A stretch of DNA of 64,000 nt. It comes from an uncultured Candidatus Saccharibacteria bacterium. Its GTDB lineage: Bacteria; Patescibacteriota; Saccharimonadia; CAILAD01; GCA-016700035. A program made the translations under genes and the position numbers. The DNA is taken from NCBI GenBank assembly GCA_964583675.1, contig CAZOVH010000003.1:12167-76166 (forward strand), in the 5' to 3' direction. Numbering within the stretch: the first letter of the stretch is position 1; each line of letters starts with the position of its first letter. Below, in pieces: positions 57,439-64,000 of the stretch. The notes beneath the pieces are model-generated. The model saw only the letters and a list, made by a program, of their open reading frames with translations. It had not been told where the DNA came from and made no database searches.

Positions 57439-58550
57439 ACCGATTCGTCTTTCAGGCGACGTTTGGTCTCACGGTGACGTGCAACTGAGAGGATTATTCC
57501 CAGGATTAAGAAATTGGTCAGCATGCTCGTGCCTCCTGCAGAAATAAGCGGCAATGGGATGCCGGTTACCGGCATAATGCCCATATTCATGCCAACATTA
57601 ATTAATACATGGAACAGCAACATACTGGCGGTACCGATGCAGATAAAACTACCAAACCTATCAATTGATTCTGTGCTTAATATGTAAATACGTACGATGA
57701 GAATAACAAACAGCATAATTGCCAAAGCAGCCCCTAAAAACCCGAGCTTCTCAGCTAATACCGCAAAGATAAAGTCCGTGTGCTGAGAAGGTAAAAAGTT
57801 CAACTGACTTTGACTTCCCGACGACAACCCGCGGCCAGTCCAGCCACCACTTCCGACAGCAATTATGGCCTGAGTCACGTTGTAGCCCGTGCCCAATCGA
57901 TCAGCCTGTGGGTTTAACAATACATTAATGCGGTTCTGCTGGTATGGGGCCAGCACACTATAAAAAATTGGCAGCATCACCACGCCGGCTGCCGCACCGG
58001 CTGCCAAATAGCGCTTTTTCACGCGTGAAGCCAATGTCATGCTGAGCCAAATCACAAACAACACTAATCCTGTTCCGAGGTCTGGCTGGATTACCACCAG
58101 CATCATCGGCACAATCATAATGGCCAACGAATAAAACAAATAGCGCAGCTGATGACTGCGGGTATACACCTTTGAGTAAAACGCTGCCAATACGATAATC
58201 AGAGCCAATTTTGCAAACTCAGAAGGCTGAAACTGAAAGAAACCAATGCTAATCCACCGTTGAGCTCCCAAGGCAGAAAATCCAATAAAGTCCACAGCAG
58301 CCAGGCTGAGCACCATGAGAATATATACAACGACCGCATAGCTCTTAAATAGACGATAATCTATGCGCGCCACAATAATACAGGCAATTACCCCCACGCC
58401 CGCATACAAAAACTGTCGAGAAGCATCAATTTCACTGCGCACTTCACCGGCCTTAATACCTGAGGAATACAATACTAATAGCCCGAGCGCCACGATGAGC
58501 ATCGTCGTCGTAGCTACTACCCAATCAATTTGGCGCAGTCCCCTCCTCAT
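57435..58550 (-). CDS. SEDS-family peptidoglycan glycosyltransferase (RodA/FtsW)
   Basis: 371 aa with 10 TM helices and conserved SEDS loops (..GAQRWI.., ..QPSEFAK..). Confidence 0.8.
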   Translation of the reverse strand: MRRGLRQIDWVVATTTMLIVALGLLVLYSSGIKAGEVRSEIDASRQFLYAGVGVIACIIVARIDYRLFKSYAVVVYILMVLSLAAVDFIGFSALGAQRWISIGFFQFQPSEFAKLALIIVLAAFYSKVYTRSHQLRYLFYSLAIMIVPMMLVVIQPDLGTGLVLFVIWLSMTLASRVKKRYLAAGAAAGVVMLPIFYSVLAPYQQNRINVLLNPQADRLGTGYNVTQAIIAVGSGGWTGRGLSSGSQSQLNFLPSQHTDFIFAVLAEKLGFLGAALAIMLFVILIVRIYILSTESIDRFGSFICIGTASMLLFHVLINVGMNMGIMPVTGIPLPLISAGGTSMLTNFLILGIILSVARHRETKRRLKDESV

Positions 58551-58554
58551 ACTG

Positions 58555-61422
58555 CTAGCTGTGCTTCGTTAAACCGATTGCGATTACGTCACCCGACAGC
58601 TTTTCTTGAGTTTGGTAGGGGTGACTCGCAACGTCACTGCTCAATTCAACAGCCAACACTTCTTGCATAATCGTTTCTTTAAAGGCTTTGAGAGCTTGCC
58701 CAACTGAATCATTCCCGGACAGAGCAAGCAGTATGCGATCGTCCACCTGCAAGCCAGCGTTTTTCCGAGCAACCTGCACAACACGGATGATATCGCGAGC
58801 CAATCCTTCCGTTTTGAGCTCTTCGGTGAGTTCGGTCGTAAGCTCTACGGTTAAGGCATCGCTAGCGATTGTGAACACCTCCTTAACATTGAGTTCTTCG
58901 GCAATAATTGCTCGCAAATCTTCAGGTAGACCTGCGTTCAAGCCAAGTGCTACTGACTGTAGTGGCTGGCGCACCTTTACCCCGGCAGAAGCTCTCTGGG
59001 CTAGCCCAAGCGTAACAATCTCTCTGACTTGCTGCATAGCTAGCAAAGCATCATTGTCTACACTCTGTGCCTCTGGCCAATCGGTAAGATGAACTGAATC
59101 TTCAAGCTTTCCGACAGTGACTTTTTGCCAGACATCTTCGGCTACAAATGGAGCCCATGGGGCCATTAGCTTGGCAGTTTGCGCAAGTATAAACCAAAGC
59201 GTGTCGTATGCTGTCATCTTATCTGTATCGTCACCACTCTTCCAAAAACGTCGTCGGCTGCGCCGCACATACCAGTTTGAGACATCGTCAAGAAAACTTG
59301 TAAGTGATCTACATAAAGACTGAGTGTCATACCCGTCGGCTGCGGCTGTTACTTCTGCAATGGTTTGATTAAGTCGAGCTAACACCCAAATATCAAGTGC
59401 ATGCTGCACGTTAGGTTGCAGTAATTTTTTATTCGGAGAATAGCCATCCACATCGGCATACATTGAATAAAATGTTTGTACGTTTTTGAAACGCTGGATA
59501 ACATTTCTCTGGGCTTCCTGAAGGGATCGTTGCTCAAAAACCGCAGTTTCGCCAGAAACTAATGGTGTAGAAAATAGGTAAAAACGAATAGCATCAGCCC
59601 CAAATTGATCGAAAGTTTCAGTATTTTCGGGATAATTACCAAGTCGCTTGCTCAGCTTACGACCATCACTACCAAGAAGAATACCGTGTGCCACAGCGTT
59701 CTTAAACGCTGGCTTACCAAACAGTGCCACGCTCATCACATGGAGTGTGTAGAACCATCCACGAGTCTGTCCAACATATTCTGTAATGAAGTCAGCCGGA
59801 TGACCAGATTCAAATCTTTCTTTGTTCTCAAAGGGATAATGCATTTGAGCAAAGGGCATGGAACCTGATTCAAACCAGCAATCAAACACATCTTCAATGC
59901 GTCGTGCAATTTTACCCGAATCAGTCTTGAGCTCAATTGCATCTACGGTTGGGCGATGCAAATCCTTTACCAGCTCTGGCCTCACAGCACGAGCCTTGAG
60001 CTCTTCTAGAGATCCAATGACTAGGATTTCACCGTCGTCAGTCTTCCACACAGGGATTGGTGCGCCCCAGAAGCGTTTACGACTAATATTCCACTCTCGC
60101 GCATTCTCGAGCCACTTACCAAAAGCTCCGTTCTTTACGTGTGCTGGATACCAATTAATTTCCTGATTAGCGGCCAATAGTTGATCCTTGATTTTAGGGA
60201 CATCCACAAACCAAGCACTCATAGCTCGATAGATAATCGGCACATCGGTGCGCCAGCAGTGTGGGTATTTATGCGTGATGATTGCCTTACTAAATAACTT
60301 CCCAGACCTATCGAGGTCTGCCACTATCTCCCCGTTGGCATCAAACACCAATCGACCAACATAATCTTTTACTTCGTCTGTAAAGCGGCCCTCATCGTCT
60401 ACTGGACTCGCAATAAGTACTCGTTCTTTTTTACCGAGCCAGTAATCATCCTCGCCATGACCTGGAGCAATATGCACAACCCCAGTTCCCTCACCCGTTT
60501 CTACAAAGTCCCCAGCCACAACTCGAAAAGCGTTGTCTTGACCTTCAAAATATGGAAAAAGAGGCGTGTAGGTTACACTTACAAGCTCAGACCCCAGCAA
60601 ACTATCTCCTCGCTGATAGCCCTCTAGCGCATCCGAATAGCGCTCCAATGCATCCTCTGCCAAGATAATAATCTCATCATTCCGGCGCATCTCAACATAA
60701 GTAATTGATTCATTGACAGCTAAAAGCATATTGGCCGGCAACGTCCAGGGAGTTGTCGTCCAGCCCAGCAAATACCGACCATCGGCAAGCGCAAACTTAA
60801 TTGTTGCCGTTAAATCCTCTCTGTCGCGATAACTATCATCCTGTCGGGTTTCAAAGTTAGAGAGCGCAGTTTGCGCGCCATAGCTATACGGAACCACCCG
60901 CTCACCCTCGTAGATGAGGCCTTTTTTATGAAGCTCAGAAAAAGCCCATAGTACCGACTCCATATAATCCTGATCCATGGTGCGATAATCATCGGCAAAA
61001 TCCACCCAACGACCAAGTCGATCGACATACTCATGCCACTCCGAGCTAAAACGCAAAACTGAATCTCGGCAGTAACCCACAAAGTTCTCGATGCCATATT
61101 CGGCGATGGCTTTCTTACCAGAAATTCCGAGCTCTTTCTCTGCCAGCATCTCGGGCGGGAGGCCGTGGCAGTCCCAGCCAAACCGACGCGGCACATACTT
61201 TCCGCGCATTGTTTGGTAACGAGTAATGGCATCCTTTAGCCCTGAAGTGAGCATGTGTCCTAAGTGTGGCAAACCATTCGCAAATGGCGGCCCATCATAA
61301 AACACGTAACGCTCAGCTGCTTCGCGCTGAGTTACGGTTCGAGCAAAAATATCTTGTTTCTGCCAATAAGCTAAAATTTGCTCTTCTTCTTGAGACAGAG
61401 CGGACTTTGGTGACGTATGCAT
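58555..61422 (-). CDS. ileS: Isoleucyl-tRNA synthetase
   Basis: PPFANGLPHLGH (HIGH), GWDCHGLP and an editing-domain insert. The likely start is the ATG at 61422 (MHTSPK). I did not use the longer listed ORF that runs to 61569. Confidence 0.88.
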   Translation of the reverse strand: MHTSPKSALSQEEEQILAYWQKQDIFARTVTQREAAERYVFYDGPPFANGLPHLGHMLTSGLKDAITRYQTMRGKYVPRRFGWDCHGLPPEMLAEKELGISGKKAIAEYGIENFVGYCRDSVLRFSSEWHEYVDRLGRWVDFADDYRTMDQDYMESVLWAFSELHKKGLIYEGERVVPYSYGAQTALSNFETRQDDSYRDREDLTATIKFALADGRYLLGWTTTPWTLPANMLLAVNESITYVEMRRNDEIIILAEDALERYSDALEGYQRGDSLLGSELVSVTYTPLFPYFEGQDNAFRVVAGDFVETGEGTGVVHIAPGHGEDDYWLGKKERVLIASPVDDEGRFTDEVKDYVGRLVFDANGEIVADLDRSGKLFSKAIITHKYPHCWRTDVPIIYRAMSAWFVDVPKIKDQLLAANQEINWYPAHVKNGAFGKWLENAREWNISRKRFWGAPIPVWKTDDGEILVIGSLEELKARAVRPELVKDLHRPTVDAIELKTDSGKIARRIEDVFDCWFESGSMPFAQMHYPFENKERFESGHPADFITEYVGQTRGWFYTLHVMSVALFGKPAFKNAVAHGILLGSDGRKLSKRLGNYPENTETFDQFGADAIRFYLFSTPLVSGETAVFEQRSLQEAQRNVIQRFKNVQTFYSMYADVDGYSPNKKLLQPNVQHALDIWVLARLNQTIAEVTAAADGYDTQSLCRSLTSFLDDVSNWYVRRSRRRFWKSGDDTDKMTAYDTLWFILAQTAKLMAPWAPFVAEDVWQKVTVGKLEDSVHLTDWPEAQSVDNDALLAMQQVREIVTLGLAQRASAGVKVRQPLQSVALGLNAGLPEDLRAIIAEELNVKEVFTIASDALTVELTTELTEELKTEGLARDIIRVVQVARKNAGLQVDDRILLALSGNDSVGQALKAFKETIMQEVLAVELSSDVASHPYQTQEKLSGDVIAIGLTKHS

Positions 61423-61477
61423 ATCTGTTATTGTAGCGCTTTCGTCCTGTTTTCGGCAATACCCTGGACGCGTAACC

Positions 61478-61750
61478 CTAGCGATCAGACTGGTAGTGAT
61501 AACTAATGTCTGAAAGTGTAGGAAGTGTATGCTGCCACAACGCCACCGGCGAGCCATCTTGCCGGGCAATAAGTACGGCGGGGGTCTTCATAATTTGATA
61601 GATTTCCATCTGGCTTACTGATTCACGGCTCTCAGCATCCCGCACCAGCACTACCTCGTCACCAAGTTGATCACGCACGTCTTCAATAAGTCGCTGAAAA
61701 TCGCGCGTTTGCAGCACAGTGTCTGGCTGTCCGTAAAATACCACTTGCAT
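61478..61750 (-). CDS. Hypothetical protein (90 aa)
   Basis: Compact ORF between nrdR and ileS with no recognisable motif. Confidence 0.4.
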   Translation of the reverse strand: MQVVFYGQPDTVLQTRDFQRLIEDVRDQLGDEVVLVRDAESRESVSQMEIYQIMKTPAVLIARQDGSPVALWQHTLPTLSDISYHYQSDR

Positions 61751-61791
61751 AGCTCCATCATACGCTTATGCTAAGACAAATATCTAGCCTG

Positions 61792-62253
61792 TTAACTTTT
61801 ACGATGACGCTTAATTTGCTGCAAAGCCTTCTCAAAACTCTCTATACTCGTAAAGCTCCGATACACACTAGCAAATCGCACATAGGCAACATCATCCAGC
61901 TCTGATAAGCCTTTCATAACGAGCTCTCCAACCTCACCGCTAGTTATTTCGGCCTCACCAAGACTATAGAGCTCTCGCTCGATTTCAGACAATAGCTTTT
62001 CGATACGCTCAGAATCAACCGGACGCTTCTCACATGCCCGATAAATACCAGCCGCAAGCTTATCCCGACTATACAATTCTCGTTCACCATTTTTTTTAAT
62101 CACGAGTAAACGAGGCAATTCTAGCCGCTCGTAAGTCGTGAAACGATGCCCGCAACTCTCACACTCTCTCCGACGCCGAATTGAACCAGCATCCTCGACA
62201 TCCCGAGATTCAACGACGCGACTATTCTTTAATTTACACTGAGGACAACGCAC
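61792..62253 (-). CDS. nrdR: Transcriptional repressor NrdR (zinc ribbon plus ATP cone)
   Basis: MRCPQCKLKNSRVVESR...CESCGHRFTTYE zinc ribbon followed by an ATP-cone domain. Confidence 0.9.
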   Translation of the reverse strand: MRCPQCKLKNSRVVESRDVEDAGSIRRRRECESCGHRFTTYERLELPRLLVIKKNGERELYSRDKLAAGIYRACEKRPVDSERIEKLLSEIERELYSLGEAEITSGEVGELVMKGLSELDDVAYVRFASVYRSFTSIESFEKALQQIKRHRKS

Positions 62254-62274
62254 TACCCCTCCTCTCCAGAAAAA

Positions 62275-63837
62275 CTACTTGTCTTCTGGCGGCTCAGATA
62301 CTTCAATAATTGAGCTCTCAACTTTAACACCTTTTCGGAGATAGGCTGGTTTATCAAAATCATCTTCTTCGGCTTCATCAAAACGAGATGATAACGTTTT
62401 CACAATCGGCTTTGGCTCATTATCAAGCTTTGCTTCAACTTTCTGCCTGGGAGCAATTGTTTCAGATGTTTGGTGCTCAATCGGATCACGGTCAAAGGCC
62501 TGAATGGGCTCATCAAACAACGTAGGGCTTGCATCGCGTTCGTCTTGATTGCGTACTGTAGGTTTAGCAGAAACCAGCGGATCCTCGCTAACCAGAGCGT
62601 CTTCTCGCACTCGAGGAGTGTTTGCAACGAATGGCAATAGCTCATCTTCTTCACTTACCGGTTTTGTCTCTTCTTCTTGAATTCCAGAAAATGCTGGTCG
62701 AGGAGCCTCAGGCTCAACTACAGACTCATGACTCACCGGCCGAAGCGGCTGCGGCGTACCCATCAAATCAGCAGGCTCTGGTTGCTGTTGGCTAGATTCA
62801 TGCTCATCAGCCAAATCCCCAACACTGCGCTGCGTGATTGACTGAGGAACTCCGCCAAAAAGTGCCCCTCCACGTTCTCCACGTTCAGCCTCAAAGCCGG
62901 TAGCTACCAACGTTACCTTGATTTCGTTATTCATATTCTCATCAATAACCATACCCCAAATGATGTTGGCGTCAGTATCAACCGCGTTGTGCACCAGCTG
63001 AGCTGCTTCTTCAATTTCGTGCATTCCCATATCGCGACCACCAGTAAAGTTAATCATCACACCCTTAGCGCCCTGTATAGAAACTTCCAAGAGCGGACTA
63101 TCTATGGCCTGCTTTACAGCGTCAACCGCTCGGTTATCACCATTGCCCATACCAATTCCCATCAGAGCTGAGCCAGCATTACGCATAATGGCCTCAACAT
63201 CAGCAAAGTCGAGATTTACCAAGCCGTTCACAGTAATCAAATCCGAAATACCCTGCACACCCTGACGGAGAATGTCATCAACTGTTGCGAAAGCATCCAG
63301 AAGTGATGTTTTTCGGTCAATTATCTGCAAAATGCGATCGTTGGGAATGACGATAAGTGTATCAACTTTTTCCTTAAGACGCTGAATTCCCTCTTCTGCG
63401 ATTTTGCGTCGACGATCACCTTCGAACTTAAATGGCCGAGTCACAATGCCTACCGTGAGCGCGCCAATATCACGTGCGATCTGAGCGACTACCGGTGCGG
63501 CTCCAGAACCTGTCCCGCCACCTTCGCCGGTCGTAATAAACACCATCTCAGAATTTTTAAGAGCAGCGTAAATCTCGTCTTCATTTTCTTCGGCAGCCTG
63601 TGCGCCAATTTCAGGGTTTGCGCCTGCTCCTAGGCCTCGAGTCGTTTCTTTTCCAATATGTATCTTCTTATTAGCTTGACTGTAATGAAGAGCCTGCGCA
63701 TCTGTGTTAATAGCAATAAACTCAATACCACGAATTTTGGATTGAATCATGCGGTTCAGCGAGTTACCGCCGCCTCCACCTATACCAATTACCTTAATTC
63801 GAGCAAATGCCTCAATCTCTGGTAGAACTTCTGCCAT
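62275..63837 (-). CDS. ftsZ: Cell division GTPase FtsZ with a long disordered C-terminal linker
   Basis: [17 protein letters not shown] (tubulin signature), the T7 loop and a C-terminal conserved peptide (DKPAYLRKG). Confidence 0.95.
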   Translation of the reverse strand: MAEVLPEIEAFARIKVIGIGGGGGNSLNRMIQSKIRGIEFIAINTDAQALHYSQANKKIHIGKETTRGLGAGANPEIGAQAAEENEDEIYAALKNSEMVFITTGEGGGTGSGAAPVVAQIARDIGALTVGIVTRPFKFEGDRRRKIAEEGIQRLKEKVDTLIVIPNDRILQIIDRKTSLLDAFATVDDILRQGVQGISDLITVNGLVNLDFADVEAIMRNAGSALMGIGMGNGDNRAVDAVKQAIDSPLLEVSIQGAKGVMINFTGGRDMGMHEIEEAAQLVHNAVDTDANIIWGMVIDENMNNEIKVTLVATGFEAERGERGGALFGGVPQSITQRSVGDLADEHESSQQQPEPADLMGTPQPLRPVSHESVVEPEAPRPAFSGIQEEETKPVSEEDELLPFVANTPRVREDALVSEDPLVSAKPTVRNQDERDASPTLFDEPIQAFDRDPIEHQTSETIAPRQKVEAKLDNEPKPIVKTLSSRFDEAEEDDFDKPAYLRKGVKVESSIIEVSEPPEDK

Positions 63838-63934
63838 TTAGCACCCTTCCTTACTCTGTACGATCGGATGGCCCACACCACCCGTCTCTGCTACACACAT
63901 ATATTACTTGTGAAGTTATTTCACACTTGCCCAC

Positions 63935-63962
63935 AGTATAAATCCTGTATTCATGCAAAGTC
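63935..63962 (-). promoter_or_regulatory. Putative ftsZ promoter
   Basis: On the minus strand: TTGACT, an 18-nt spacer, then TATACT, about 95 nt upstream of the ftsZ ATG. Confidence 0.4.
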
Positions 63963-64000
63963 AAATATTGTGTTCGATAATTTTACATGTGTTTTTTGAA

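Noticed and set aside
61423-61569. N-terminal extension of the listed ileS ORF (MPGKMARRWRCGS...)
   Set aside because: It is basic, Cys- and Trp-rich and non-homologous. It overlaps the upstream 90-aa gene. The conserved IleRS N-terminus begins at the ATG at 61422.
1-64000. CRISPR arrays, rRNA genes, IS elements or integrase genes
   Set aside because: There are no regularly spaced direct repeats, no rRNA-like conserved stretches and no transposase or integrase-like ORFs in the window. The foreign block has no recognisable mobility gene.

Overview
This 64 kb window looks like chromosomal DNA from a small-genome bacterium with a Gram-positive-like envelope; my inference is a Patescibacteria/CPR lineage, possibly Saccharibacteria-like. 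The native background GC is around 48-50% by eye, the standard genetic code is in use (both RF1 and RF2 are present), and coding density is high, mostly on the minus strand. The content is mainly housekeeping and cell-envelope genes. Readable genes include a partial mreB, a PEGA-domain protein, tRNA-Leu(CAA), a sortase, xseAB, rpmA, a receiver-only response regulator, pyrG, ctpA, an ftsE-ftsX operon followed by two tandem coiled-coil/CHAP (PcsB-like) hydrolase genes, murA, prfB, an LPXTG surface protein, secA, hpf, serS, a class I lysyl-tRNA synthetase, greA, a pbp2-mreD-mreC-mreB cluster, a CPBP protease, rseP, frr, tsf, rpsB, an Rpf-like transglycosylase, a pentapeptide-repeat protein, rpmE, prfA, prmC, htrA, an LCP protein, lepB, parB-parA, rplU, a lipase-like hydrolase, a GNAT, a stand-alone GGDEF, trxB, a secreted thermonuclease, a SEDS protein, ileS, nrdR and ftsZ. 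The main anomaly is a block of about 3.9 kb (about 20025-23920) whose GC is roughly 65-70% with extreme GC3. It encodes three Pro/Ala/Gly-rich membrane or secreted proteins that look actinobacterial, and it carries its own promoter-like AT island and a perfect terminator hairpin. Next to it lie a native-GC gene for a 1014-aa coiled-coil two-TM protein and a gene for a small acidic protein. Other leads are a consensus promoter followed by a terminator with no ORF between (candidate sRNA, about 46606-46844), a long structured leader upstream of the Rpf-like gene, and a terminator-like leader hairpin directly before greA. I found no CRISPR arrays, no rRNA, and no recognisable transposase or integrase.
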